64,000 bases of DNA from Bacteroidales bacterium (GTDB lineage Bacteria > Bacteroidota > Bacteroidia > Bacteroidales > FEN-979): assembly GCA_030681475.1 (NCBI GenBank), contig JAUXWT010000071.1:33347-97346 (forward strand), written 5' to 3'. A program made the translations under genes and the position numbers. This document shows positions 34,454 through 43,957 of the stretch, in pieces. Position 1 is the first letter of the stretch; each line of letters starts with the position of its first letter. The notes beneath the pieces were generated by a model, which worked only from the letters and a program-made list of their open reading frames with translations, was not told the origin of the DNA and ran no database searches.

Positions 34454-35647
34454 TTATTCCGACAGATAATATGCCAGCGCTGCATAAAACGCCGAAGCCG
34501 CCACCAAATCGCTCACCGGCACCATTTCATTTGGGGCATGGGCCAGTACCTCGTTCCCCGGGCCAAAACCGATGCACGGAATCTTGTAATGCCCGTTAAT
34601 GGTGACGCCGTTGGTGGAGAAGGTCCATTTGTCGATTACCGGTTCTTTATTAAAAAGTCCGGTAAACGCCTCCTGAGCCTTAACGACCAGGTGGTGATCT
34701 TCTTCGATTTTCCAGGTTGGATAGTATTTTTCCATCCCATAGGAGAGACCGGTGTATGCAGTCTCCTCATATTGCAGCACTTCTATCTCAGCATCTGAAT
34801 CTTTAAGGATTTCCCTGATTTCAGCTACAGCAGATTCTTTGGTTTCACCCCAGGTGAGCCGGCGGTCAAGGTGAATGCGCGCATAATCGGCAACGGCACA
34901 TAATGAAGGGCTGCCTGAGATAAATTCTGAAACGGTAACACTGCCTTTTCCAAGGAAGTCATCGGATTTTAACCGGTCGTTCAGCTTTTCGATGGCCAGG
35001 CAGGCACGCGAGGCCATATAAACAGCGTTCTTTCCCCGCTCGGGCGCTGATCCGTGGGAGGAGACGCCCCTGAAGGTCACAGAAATCTCCATCCTTCCTC
35101 GGTGACCCCGGTAGATATTCAGATTGGTTGGTTCGGTGAGGACAACAAAGTCGGGAACGATTTTTTCTTCTTCAACGATATATTTCCAGCACAGCCCGTC
35201 ACAATCCTCTTCAATGACCGTACCAGTAAAGTAAATCGTGAGATCGCGGTCAAAGGCAAGTTCTTTCAGGATGCGTCCTGCCGTTACGAATGCAGCAGGA
35301 CCGCCTTTCTGGTCAACAGTGCCACGGCCATGCACAAAACCATCACGTATCTCTCCGGAAAAGGGATCGCTGGTCCAGTTGGCTAAATTCCCGGTGTCGA
35401 CCGTATCGATATGTCCATCGAATGCAAGGATCTTGCTGCCAGTACCAATACGGCCGATCACGTTACCAAGCCCATCGAAACGAACTTCATCAAAGCCGGC
35501 TTCAACCATCTGCCGCTGCAGTTCAACGGCCATGACTTTTTCTCCTGTACTGAGGGATTTGATTTTAACGAGTTTGGAGAGATTTCCGGCGGTGTATTCG
35601 GCATATTTACCGGCCAGGTTGTTGATTTTTGTAAGGATATCTTTCAA
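34454..35647 (-). CDS. ygeY: YgeY-type M20 family metallo-hydrolase ('selenium metabolism-linked hydrolase')
   Basis: It has the M20/ArgE/DapE layout: GHIDTV, HGRGTVDQKG, EEDCDG and GVSSHGSAP. At 397 aa it compares with about 403 aa in E. coli YgeY. It pairs with ygeW. The apparent start is TTG, and there is no in-frame ATG near the N-terminus. Confidence 0.8.
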   Translation of the reverse strand: MKDILTKINNLAGKYAEYTAGNLSKLVKIKSLSTGEKVMAVELQRQMVEAGFDEVRFDGLGNVIGRIGTGSKILAFDGHIDTVDTGNLANWTSDPFSGEIRDGFVHGRGTVDQKGGPAAFVTAGRILKELAFDRDLTIYFTGTVIEEDCDGLCWKYIVEEEKIVPDFVVLTEPTNLNIYRGHRGRMEISVTFRGVSSHGSAPERGKNAVYMASRACLAIEKLNDRLKSDDFLGKGSVTVSEFISGSPSLCAVADYARIHLDRRLTWGETKESAVAEIREILKDSDAEIEVLQYEETAYTGLSYGMEKYYPTWKIEEDHHLVVKAQEAFTGLFNKEPVIDKWTFSTNGVTINGHYKIPCIGFGPGNEVLAHAPNEMVPVSDLVAASAFYAALAYYLSE

Positions 35648-35712
35648 ATTACAGAAAAATTAGTTGTTTCAGAGCAACGGCAAAGGTACAAATCTTCCTG
35701 CATTTGAGTTGA

Positions 35713-36672
35713 TCAAAACTTGCTTTTTGATGCAAAAATCTGGTTGAAAAGAGTAGCATTGCCTGATCCGAAAATAGCGCTTGTATTGGTGCTCGAACGG
35801 ATATAATACATTTTATTCAATGGCCCTGTGGCGCCAGTCACCTCTATGGGCGACATGTTGGTTCCCTCGATCCTCAGGGAATATGGATATGTTACCGGGA
35901 TGTCGCCATCATCGGCAAACTCAGCGCCTGTCGAATTAGCGATCGAGTTGATATAGATGACAGTTTTTGCCGAATCCGCTTTTTCACCATTGACCAGCCA
36001 GTTGTTTCCACTTCGGGAGAGGATAAAAGAACTGTCGCCAGGGTAAACAAAGGTCAGCTTTGTTACCTCCTTCGGATTAAACCGGCAAATCAACCTGTTC
36101 CGGTATTGAGCCGGTTGGTCGGAAAAGATCATCGACAGGAATCCATCTACGACATAAACATGGTCATCTCCGGCAATGCGGATATGCGATTTAACACTGA
36201 ATCCCTGGTTTCTGACCATGCCCTGCATCGCAGGGCGCTGTGAAACGGAAACCTTCCCGACCATGAAGTCGGCGGCTATCGTTTTACCCTGTTCAACGAC
36301 AACCCGCCTGCCCAGCGAATCTGTAATCTCGAGGTCTTTCCAGGCGGCCCGGTCGGAAGCAGCGACTCTTTCGGCAGTAACTTGAGCCAGGGCTGTGAGA
36401 ATGTTGTTGACCGCGGCGGAATCGGCAGGATATTTTTTATTGTTGATCTTAATGTCCCAGTTTTTCCCTGTCTTCTCAAGGATAAGCGGATCGGAGTTCT
36501 TTCCTTTTGGAAAGATTTTAATGGCAGTAACACTGGCCGAATCCACTGAAAAAAGTTCACTTTTGAAAGTCCGGTCGCTTTGATTTCGATCGCGGAGAAA
36601 GACGATCAGCGCCAGGATAGCGAGAATGAGAAAGAGAAAAACAAGTTTTTTAGTGTCGATTTTCCTGAACAT
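35713..36672 (-). CDS. DUF4340-like membrane-anchored protein
   Basis: An N-terminal TM is present (LVFLFLILAILALIVFL). The beta-rich body and the position downstream of a GldG-like gene match how DUF4340 is usually found. Confidence 0.5.
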   Translation of the reverse strand: MFRKIDTKKLVFLFLILAILALIVFLRDRNQSDRTFKSELFSVDSASVTAIKIFPKGKNSDPLILEKTGKNWDIKINNKKYPADSAAVNNILTALAQVTAERVAASDRAAWKDLEITDSLGRRVVVEQGKTIAADFMVGKVSVSQRPAMQGMVRNQGFSVKSHIRIAGDDHVYVVDGFLSMIFSDQPAQYRNRLICRFNPKEVTKLTFVYPGDSSFILSRSGNNWLVNGEKADSAKTVIYINSIANSTGAEFADDGDIPVTYPYSLRIEGTNMSPIEVTGATGPLNKMYYIRSSTNTSAIFGSGNATLFNQIFASKSKF

Positions 36673-36729
36673 GGCTTGAATTATTTTGTTATTTGGACAA
36701 AAACAGGATCAGTCATAAAACGAATCCGA

Positions 36730-38250
36730 TCAGATATAGTTTTCGTTCATACGTTTGATACGCAGGTTCCTGCGGTACTGGTAACGGAAAAGTCCAATTC
36801 CAAGGATGAGAAAAATGGGAACCAGGAAGTTCAGGTATTTCAGCATGGCTTTTTTACCATCTTCCATCTGATCAATGGGGCGGGAGGTGACCTCTTTTGT
36901 ACGGAGATCGATCAACCCGGTGTCGTCCGACAACCAATCAATGGAATTGACCATGAGGTTCAGGTTGTCTGCCGGAATTTGCCTTGCCTGCTGTCCCTCT
37001 CCATTTATAGGAAAGTCTCCGTCGGAGATGATGATCATCCGTGAGGTCATATTACCTGACAGTTTCCCGCTCACGAGGGCACAAACGGTAAGACCGGAAC
37101 GGGGAAATTCATGCGGTTGCCAGTTCCGGTTGATGTTAAAGGTGAGCGGGAGATTTTCTGTCCCCGATTTTTCGGAAGTGGATGCAAGCGGAGTAAAGGT
37201 GATGTCTCCGCCCGGGGAAGAAAAATCGATGGAACTTGCAAATTGCAGCAACACCGAAGTGAGTCCTTTGGTCACCGGGTGGTCGGCAAATTTGGCGATT
37301 AACGGCAGGTACGGAAAACGCATGTTCGACTGGAATGTCATATAGCCCTGCTGCTGATTCACCATGACGCTTCCACAGTTCTGATCAATGATAAAATTAG
37401 GGTTGACCATCACTCCTTTTCCCTGAAGCCAAACTTCAAGCCCGGTTTTTATTTCAGTTCCAGAAAGCGTCTGCAAGTCACCGTCCACACGGTTCAAGGC
37501 GATACAGATGTTTTTTCCCATGGCCAGAAATTCATCGAGTTTTGCAAGATGAAAGGGTGGAAAACTATCATGCGGATTGATGATAACCAGCGTTTTATAA
37601 TTTGCAAGATTTATGGAAACCTCATCCAGTTTAACTGGTTCCGCATCATAAAGTACCGAAAGTGATTGCATCACCTGCGCCATGGAATTCGGAGATGCTT
37701 CGCCATGTCCCTGGATGATCCCGATCTTTGGCTTGTTCTCAACCGTCATTTTTTTAATGCTGGTCGAAAGTGCATATTCCATGGCCGAGCCTGCCTGGAT
37801 AAATGGAATGACCTCTTTCTTGTCGCCATAGTGAACAACTGCGCCCATGTATGCTTTTTGTTGCTTGACCTGGTCTTTCTCCCGCACATTGATCAGGACA
37901 GGACTGACGCCCTCCTGCATCGTTTTCTGTTCAGCAGCTTCATCGATGTTCGGGTTGATGAATTCGAACATCACTTTTCCATTCGAACGGTTGGAATACT
38001 CAATGAGTTCTTCCCTGAAATCACGCCGAAGCTGCGCGAACTGTTGCGGGAGTTCTTCGCTAATATATGCGGAAACGGTTACCGTCTCCTTCAATGACCC
38101 GAGGATGTTCTTCGTCGCCTCACTCAGGGTGTAACGCTTGTCGGCGGTGAAATCAAGGCGGAAAAAGAAGCGGTCGCCAAGATAGTTGATAAAAATTGCC
38201 ACTCCGATGATCAGCAAAATGTAGGTGTAAACTGATTTATTGCTTTTCAT
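36730..38250 (-). CDS. GldG-like ABC-transporter auxiliary protein
   Basis: TM helices lie at both the N- and C-termini, enclosing a large periplasmic domain. It sits downstream of an ABC-2 permease and ATPase, in the ABC-type uncharacterised transport system (GldG family) arrangement. Confidence 0.65.
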   Translation of the reverse strand: MKSNKSVYTYILLIIGVAIFINYLGDRFFFRLDFTADKRYTLSEATKNILGSLKETVTVSAYISEELPQQFAQLRRDFREELIEYSNRSNGKVMFEFINPNIDEAAEQKTMQEGVSPVLINVREKDQVKQQKAYMGAVVHYGDKKEVIPFIQAGSAMEYALSTSIKKMTVENKPKIGIIQGHGEASPNSMAQVMQSLSVLYDAEPVKLDEVSINLANYKTLVIINPHDSFPPFHLAKLDEFLAMGKNICIALNRVDGDLQTLSGTEIKTGLEVWLQGKGVMVNPNFIIDQNCGSVMVNQQQGYMTFQSNMRFPYLPLIAKFADHPVTKGLTSVLLQFASSIDFSSPGGDITFTPLASTSEKSGTENLPLTFNINRNWQPHEFPRSGLTVCALVSGKLSGNMTSRMIIISDGDFPINGEGQQARQIPADNLNLMVNSIDWLSDDTGLIDLRTKEVTSRPIDQMEDGKKAMLKYLNFLVPIFLILGIGLFRYQYRRNLRIKRMNENYI

Positions 38251-38287
38251 AGTTCTTTTCTGTTAACATTTTGAAAAAATCCACATA

Positions 38288-39013
38288 TTAATTTGAACCA
38301 TGGCGCCTCGACAAGACCAGTTCCGTGCCCAGGAGCCCAGCGAAGATGATAGAGAGGAAATAGATAATATCTTTTGAGTCGATCACCCCGCGAGCCATTG
38401 ATTCGTAGTGGGTGGATAGGCTCAGATAACCAAGCAGGCGTGCAATCCATCCCCCGAAACCACTGCTTATGAGACTGAAAATCAAGTGAAAGAATATTCC
38501 GATAAACAGCGCCCCAAGAAAAGCGACGATCTGATTGCTGGTGATGCTGCTGGTAAAAAGACCAATACTTATATACGAAGCGCTCATAAACAACAGCCCG
38601 AGATAGCCCATCAGCACAGCGCTATGGTCGATCTTGCCAATGTTGGCCACCGTAATATAATAGGGGATTGTCAGCGCCAAAGTGATGCAGATGAGCAGAA
38701 AGGCAGCAAGAAATTTTCCGATAATGATTTGCCAGTCGCTGACGGGCTTTGTCACCAGCAATTCGATAGTTCCCGATTTCTGTTCCTCGGCAAGCAACCC
38801 CATGGTGATGGCTGGAATGAAGAAAAAGAGTGTCCAGAAGGATATGCCGAAAAATGACTGCAGACTGGCCTGTCCCACCAGGAAAATGTCGCTGCCGAAG
38901 ATCCAGGTAAAGAAACCGCTGAATCCGAGAAACAGTACGATCATGACATAGGCCATCAGCGAGTCGAAAAATGACCGGAGTTCTCTCTTTGTGATGATCC
39001 AGATCTTGTTCAT
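38288..39013 (-). CDS. ABC-2 family permease (GldF-like)
   Basis: The protein is 241 aa with about 6 predicted TM helices. It lies between the ABC ATPase and the GldG-like gene. Confidence 0.7.
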   Translation of the reverse strand: MNKIWIITKRELRSFFDSLMAYVMIVLFLGFSGFFTWIFGSDIFLVGQASLQSFFGISFWTLFFFIPAITMGLLAEEQKSGTIELLVTKPVSDWQIIIGKFLAAFLLICITLALTIPYYITVANIGKIDHSAVLMGYLGLLFMSASYISIGLFTSSITSNQIVAFLGALFIGIFFHLIFSLISSGFGGWIARLLGYLSLSTHYESMARGVIDSKDIIYFLSIIFAGLLGTELVLSRRHGSN

Positions 39014-39047
39014 ATTCTTTAGTGTTTGTATTAATAATGGCGGATTG

Positions 39048-39095
39048 ACCTCAACCTTACCCTCTCCTGAAGGAGAAGGGGTCAGGGGTTGAGGT
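39048..39095. repeat. complete copy of the GC-rich palindromic element (two-helix hairpin) between ABC ATPase and permease genes
   Basis: The sequence is ACCTCAACC-tta-CCCTCTCC-tgaa-GGAGAAGGG-gtcag-GGTTGAGGT. The outer 8-bp helix pairs 39049-39056 with 39087-39094. The inner helix pairs 39060-39067 with 39072-39080 and has one bulge. Confidence 0.75.
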
Positions 39096-39097
39096 AT

Positions 39098-40030
39098 TTA
39101 ATTGGTAATCGTCAAGTCGCGGAATACCTCTTCAAGTTTCCGTTCCACAGGAGTCATTTCAGTTAGGGCCCATCCCTTTTCAACACACAACCGGAAGATG
39201 GCTTTGCGCGAGTTCATATCTGCCTTACTCTGCACCTCAAAGGCCTGGGTGTAGTGGGGTAGAATATCGACAATCTCCACAGTTTCAAGCGATTGAAGGC
39301 TCCGATAGATCTCCTCGTTTGTACCGTCTTCGATGGTAACCTTTACGATCTCCTTGTTTTGGGCCTGTTTACGAAGGGATGAGGCCGTACCGTCGGCAAC
39401 CAGTTTTCCCTTGTTGATGATCAGGATGCGATCGCAGGTTGCTTCGACCTCAGCAAGGATGTGGGAACTGAGGATCACCGTTTTTTCGCGGCCGATCTTT
39501 TTGATCAACTCCCTGATCTCAACGATCTGGTTGGGATCAAGGCCGGAGGTTGGCTCGTCGAGGATCAGCACCTCCGGATCGTGGATCATGGCCTGTGCCA
39601 GGCCGACACGCTGCTGGTAACCCCTGGAGAGTTCGTTGATTTTCTTGTACTTCTCTCCTTTCAGACCGCAAACGTTGACCATCTCCAAAATTCGTTCGCG
39701 GATCTTTGCTTTGGGGACGTTCTGAATCTCTGCAACAAATCGCAGGTAATCAATCACCGGCATATCTTTGTACAGCGGGTTGGTCTCGGGGAGGTACCCG
39801 ATATGCCTCTTTACCTCTTCAGGATTGGCCTGCACCGATACGCCGCCAACCTTTACATCGCCATCGTTGGAACCCATAAAGCATGTGATGATCTTCATGG
39901 TAGTGGTCTTACCGGCGCCATTGGGACCCAGGAAGCCGACGATCTCACCGGTGTCCACCTTGAACGAGATATTGTCGACCGCCTTCTGAAATCCGTAACT
40001 CTTTGTCAGATTTTCAACACTTACTTCCAT
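39098..40030 (-). CDS. ABC transporter ATP-binding protein (GldA-like)
   Basis: Walker A is GPNGAGKTT, the signature is LSRGYQQRV, Walker B is ILDEPTSGLD and the H-loop is SSHIL. Confidence 0.9.
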   Translation of the reverse strand: MEVSVENLTKSYGFQKAVDNISFKVDTGEIVGFLGPNGAGKTTTMKIITCFMGSNDGDVKVGGVSVQANPEEVKRHIGYLPETNPLYKDMPVIDYLRFVAEIQNVPKAKIRERILEMVNVCGLKGEKYKKINELSRGYQQRVGLAQAMIHDPEVLILDEPTSGLDPNQIVEIRELIKKIGREKTVILSSHILAEVEATCDRILIINKGKLVADGTASSLRKQAQNKEIVKVTIEDGTNEEIYRSLQSLETVEIVDILPHYTQAFEVQSKADMNSRKAIFRLCVEKGWALTEMTPVERKLEEVFRDLTITN

Positions 40031-40108
40031 AAGTACTTCAGTTTAAACAATTGGTGAATTGAACTATCCGGCGGCAAAAATAAAAAAAAGAGAAAAAAAA
40101 GTAAAATT

Positions 40109-43100
40109 TTATAGATTTTTTTTCGAAGACCGGGAACTTCCCTTCCCTGTTTCAAAGCGTACGCTATTGACCTTCTCCACCGACATCAGAATTACCTCGC
40201 CGGTTGCCGGCAGTGAAAAATCGGGTTCTTTTTCATGATCATCCACGGCGGAAATGGCATCCTTGATGGCAAGCCATACTGATAATCCAAGCATGAAAGG
40301 AGGCTCCCCCACTGCTTTACTCCGGCGGATGGTACCGGCATTTGGCACATCCTGTAAAAACTCCACCCTGAAATCCGCCGGAATGTCATTGATCGTGGGA
40401 ATTTTATATGTGTCGGGAGAGTGGGTGAGCTGGTTGCCTTCTTTATCCCATTTTATCTCTTCGGTGGTGCACCAGCCCACACCCTGGATAAACCCACCTT
40501 CAACCTGACCTTTGTCAATTCCTTCGTTGAGGGATTCGCCAACATCATGAATGATGTCGGTTCGCAACAATTGGTGGGCGCCGGTCAGCGTGTCGATCAT
40601 CACTTCCGAAACGGCCATGCCATATGCATAATAGTAGAACGGGTGACCTTGCCCCGTTTCACGGTCAAAGTACAAACCGGGTGTTTTGTAGAATCCTGTT
40701 GCACTGAGGCTTACCTGGTTCAGGCGCGCCAGGTTGCAAAGCTGATCAAAACGGATCTTGCAGGAAGGATGCTCAATGTTAAGAACATGATTGTCATGGA
40801 ATACAATATTTTCATAGGAACAAATAACCTCCGGGTGCAGCTTTTCAAATTCTGTAATTGCAAGGTTGGCCAACCGCTCTTTAATGATGTCGATGGCGTT
40901 TTTCACCGCCATGCCATTGAGATCGCTGCCCGAGGAGGCGGCAGTGGGTGAGGTGTTCGGCACTTTGGAAGTATTCGTGGCATTCACCCTTACTTTTTCA
41001 GGGGACAGGCCAAGCTCTTCTGAGACGATGCGAAGTATTTTTGTATGGAGTCCTTGTCCCATTTCGGTCCCCCCATGATTGACCAGTACGGTCCCATCTG
41101 TATAAATGTTGACCAAAGCGCCAGCCTGGTTCAGAAAAGCAGTAGTAAATGAGATCCCGAATTTCACCGGGGTTAGGGCAAGTCCTTTCTTAGTGAATTC
41201 ATTTTCACGGTTGAACCGGTTGATCTCCAGCCTGCGGAGATGATAAGCTGAATCATCCACCAGTTTGCCGTACATTGTGAAAAGATGGTTGTTTTCAACA
41301 ATTTCGCCATAAGGGGTCAGGTTATGTTCATTTTGCCGGTAAAAGTTCATGTATCTTATTTCCGCAGCATCCTTTTTCAGGAACCGGGCGATCCGGTCAA
41401 TGGCGTTTTCGATGACAGCCATGCCCTGCGGACCGCCGAAGCCGCGGAAAGCCGTGTTGGATGGCAGGTTGGACATCCACACTTGTCCGGTTATTGAAAC
41501 GTTGGGCAGGTAATAGGCATTGTCGGCGTGAAGCATGGCCCGTTCGAGGATTGCCTGGGAAAGGTCGGTCGAGGAACCTGCATCTGCGTTTAGTTCCACC
41601 TTATATGCCACGATCAATCCGTTGTTATCAAACCCGATCTCATACCTGGAGAGGAAGCGATGCCGCTTTCCGGTCATGATCTGGTCGTCGTCGCGGAACA
41701 GGTGTATTTTTACCGGCCGTTTCGTGGCATTTGCCATCAGCGCGGCCCAGGCAGCCACATGGTTTCCCTGCGTCTCTTTGCCGCCGAAAGCTCCGCCCAT
41801 TCGTCTGACCTCAACTTCAACATCATTTTTTTGAATGCCAAGAACTTCTGCTACAATCGCCTGTGTTTCAGCAGGATTCTGGCTGGATGCATGCATCAGC
41901 ATCTCCTTTCCTTCGCCGGGAATGGCAAGTGCGGACTGCGTTTCAAGGTACCAGTGCTCCTGTGCCCCGGTGGTCAGTTCACCCTGGATCACATGCGGCG
42001 CACTTTTCATCGCATCATCCGGATTCCCCCGCTCGATTTTACGCGCAGGAGCGAGGCTGTTTTTCGCCTCTATCGCTGAATTGATATCGAGGATGGCGGG
42101 GAGCGGTTCATAATCAATGATGATGAGTTGCTCGGCTTTCAGGGCAGTCGCTTCGGTTTCAGCGGCAACCAGTGCAATGGCCTGACCGATGAAAGTGACC
42201 TCGTGATCAGCGAGACATGGTTCGTCATGAACCACGGGACCCATCTGGTTTTCGCCGGGAATATCCCTGGCAGTCAGGATACAATGCACCCCTGGAATTT
42301 TCAAAGCTTCCGAAATATCGATCCGCCTGATGAGGGCATGGGCGTGTTTGCTGTAAACCACTTTCCCGAATAATAATTGATTGTTAACCAGGATGTCTTC
42401 AACGAATACCGATTCCCCGGTAACATGCTTCACGGCGCTTTCGTGTGGCATGACATGAACTGTTTTCACAGTGTCTGTCATCCTGATTGGAACTGCAACC
42501 TTCTCGGGTTGAGGTGGTTTTGAAGTTTCAATAAAGAATTTCATCAATAAATTCCTGCCGGCGCTTTTCCTGTATGCTGCATCCGCACGGGCATCTGAAA
42601 TTGGGGTGAACTCATGTCCCAGCGTGAGCATCGCCTGCATGATCGATTCCTGTGTCCATGGTTTTCCGGTCAGCGCTTTTTCAGTTTTCACGGCACGTTT
42701 CGGTGTGGCGGCCAAACCTCCGAAGGCGAGAATGATCTCATGAACAATTCCTTGTTTTTCAGTCAGCCTGAAGGCAGCTCCGACGGTCGAGATATCCATA
42801 TCTTTCCGTTTTGATACCTTATAGGAATGAACAACTGTCCCGGTTTCGTATTTCGGGATGATAATTTCCGTGATCAACTCATGATCGCGCAGGTCTGTTT
42901 TTCGATAATCCAGAATAAAATCTTCCACCCGTATAATCCTTTCCGCATCCATGGAACGAACCCTTATTTTGGCCTGGTAAGCGATCAGCAGGGGCAGTGT
43001 GTCGCCAATGGGGGAGGCTGATGCAACATTTCCTCCCAGTGTGGCCACATTCCGGATCTGAAGGGAGCCGAAAACTTTGAGGATGTTAAACAGCGCAGGC

Positions 43101-43957
43101 ATCCGCTGATATGAATACCCCTTGAGCTGTTCGAGCGTGAGTCCGGCTCCGATGTGATAACTATCATGATCTTCCCGGAAAAAACGCAATTCTTCGACAG
43201 CAGAAAGATCGAGGATACTTTTCAGCGCCTCCTTTTTCTTGGTCTGGCGCAGGGCAACATCTGTTGCGCCTGTGATGACGATGGCATCCGGGTTCTCTTT
43301 TCGCAGCCGTAGGGCTTCAGAAATTGTAAAAGGTCTGAAATAAAATTGTTTCCCTGTTTTTATTTGAATTGTTTCCTGATCCTTATGGATCGAATTCAGC
43401 ATATCAACAGTGTTGGATTCATGGCCGGAAAAATGATCAGATTGAGTCTCTTTGCCAAGTTTTTCTGCTGCTTCCAGAATGGGTTGATAACCGGTGCAAC
43501 GGCAAAGATTGCCGGTAAGTGCATCATCCATGATTTCACGGGGTGGATTATGATGGTTTTTAAACAGCCCGAAAAGCGACATCACCACGCCCGGGGTACA
43601 GTAACCGCACTGGCTGCCATTCGACTCCACCATCATCTGCTGGACGGGGTGAAGCGCCTTTTTCCTGGTATCAGCAAGGTTTTCGATGGTGATCAGTTGT
43701 TTGCCATGGATCATCGGAAGAAAAACCAGACAGGAATCAATGGTACGGTAAACAAGTCTGCCCTGATCACCTGCTTCGGCAAGCACTACTGTGCAGGCGC
43801 CGCAATCCCCTTCGGCACATCCCTCTTTGACACCTTTATGCGAAGGAAGGGACCGAAGATAATTCAACACGGTTGTTGTGGGTGTTAATCCTGAAGATTC
43901 AGAAAATACAACATATTCAATGCGGTTATCAAGGACAAAACGGATGGTATCAGCCAT
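40109..43957 (-). CDS. xanthine dehydrogenase, single-chain [2Fe-2S]-FAD-Moco architecture (eukaryote-like fusion of XdhA+XdhB)
   Basis: GCAEGDCGACTV, CGYCTPG and CRCTGY mark the iron-sulfur domains. An FAD-binding/CODH-flavoprotein segment follows (ITGATDVAL...GGNVASASPIGD). The Moco domain has RMGGAFGGKETQ, AFRGFGGPQG and SKAVGEPP, the XDH catalytic Glu/Arg/Glu contexts. The start is assigned to the ATG at 43957 (MADTIRF), which overlaps the xdhC stop as ATGGCTGA. The listed start at 44002 is less likely. Confidence 0.88.
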   Translation of the reverse strand: MADTIRFVLDNRIEYVVFSESSGLTPTTTVLNYLRSLPSHKGVKEGCAEGDCGACTVVLAEAGDQGRLVYRTIDSCLVFLPMIHGKQLITIENLADTRKKALHPVQQMMVESNGSQCGYCTPGVVMSLFGLFKNHHNPPREIMDDALTGNLCRCTGYQPILEAAEKLGKETQSDHFSGHESNTVDMLNSIHKDQETIQIKTGKQFYFRPFTISEALRLRKENPDAIVITGATDVALRQTKKKEALKSILDLSAVEELRFFREDHDSYHIGAGLTLEQLKGYSYQRMPALFNILKVFGSLQIRNVATLGGNVASASPIGDTLPLLIAYQAKIRVRSMDAERIIRVEDFILDYRKTDLRDHELITEIIIPKYETGTVVHSYKVSKRKDMDISTVGAAFRLTEKQGIVHEIILAFGGLAATPKRAVKTEKALTGKPWTQESIMQAMLTLGHEFTPISDARADAAYRKSAGRNLLMKFFIETSKPPQPEKVAVPIRMTDTVKTVHVMPHESAVKHVTGESVFVEDILVNNQLLFGKVVYSKHAHALIRRIDISEALKIPGVHCILTARDIPGENQMGPVVHDEPCLADHEVTFIGQAIALVAAETEATALKAEQLIIIDYEPLPAILDINSAIEAKNSLAPARKIERGNPDDAMKSAPHVIQGELTTGAQEHWYLETQSALAIPGEGKEMLMHASSQNPAETQAIVAEVLGIQKNDVEVEVRRMGGAFGGKETQGNHVAAWAALMANATKRPVKIHLFRDDDQIMTGKRHRFLSRYEIGFDNNGLIVAYKVELNADAGSSTDLSQAILERAMLHADNAYYLPNVSITGQVWMSNLPSNTAFRGFGGPQGMAVIENAIDRIARFLKKDAAEIRYMNFYRQNEHNLTPYGEIVENNHLFTMYGKLVDDSAYHLRRLEINRFNRENEFTKKGLALTPVKFGISFTTAFLNQAGALVNIYTDGTVLVNHGGTEMGQGLHTKILRIVSEELGLSPEKVRVNATNTSKVPNTSPTAASSGSDLNGMAVKNAIDIIKERLANLAITEFEKLHPEVICSYENIVFHDNHVLNIEHPSCKIRFDQLCNLARLNQVSLSATGFYKTPGLYFDRETGQGHPFYYYAYGMAVSEVMIDTLTGAHQLLRTDIIHDVGESLNEGIDKGQVEGGFIQGVGWCTTEEIKWDKEGNQLTHSPDTYKIPTINDIPADFRVEFLQDVPNAGTIRRSKAVGEPPFMLGLSVWLAIKDAISAVDDHEKEPDFSLPATGEVILMSVEKVNSVRFETGKGSSRSSKKNL

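Noticed and set aside
36580-37044. A 154-aa plus-strand ORF spanning the DUF4340/GldG-like junction. A similar ORF lies at 39461-40057, antisense to the ABC ATPase.
   Set aside because: They are shadow ORFs on the strand opposite to motif-supported genes, and their composition mirrors the sense-strand codon bias.
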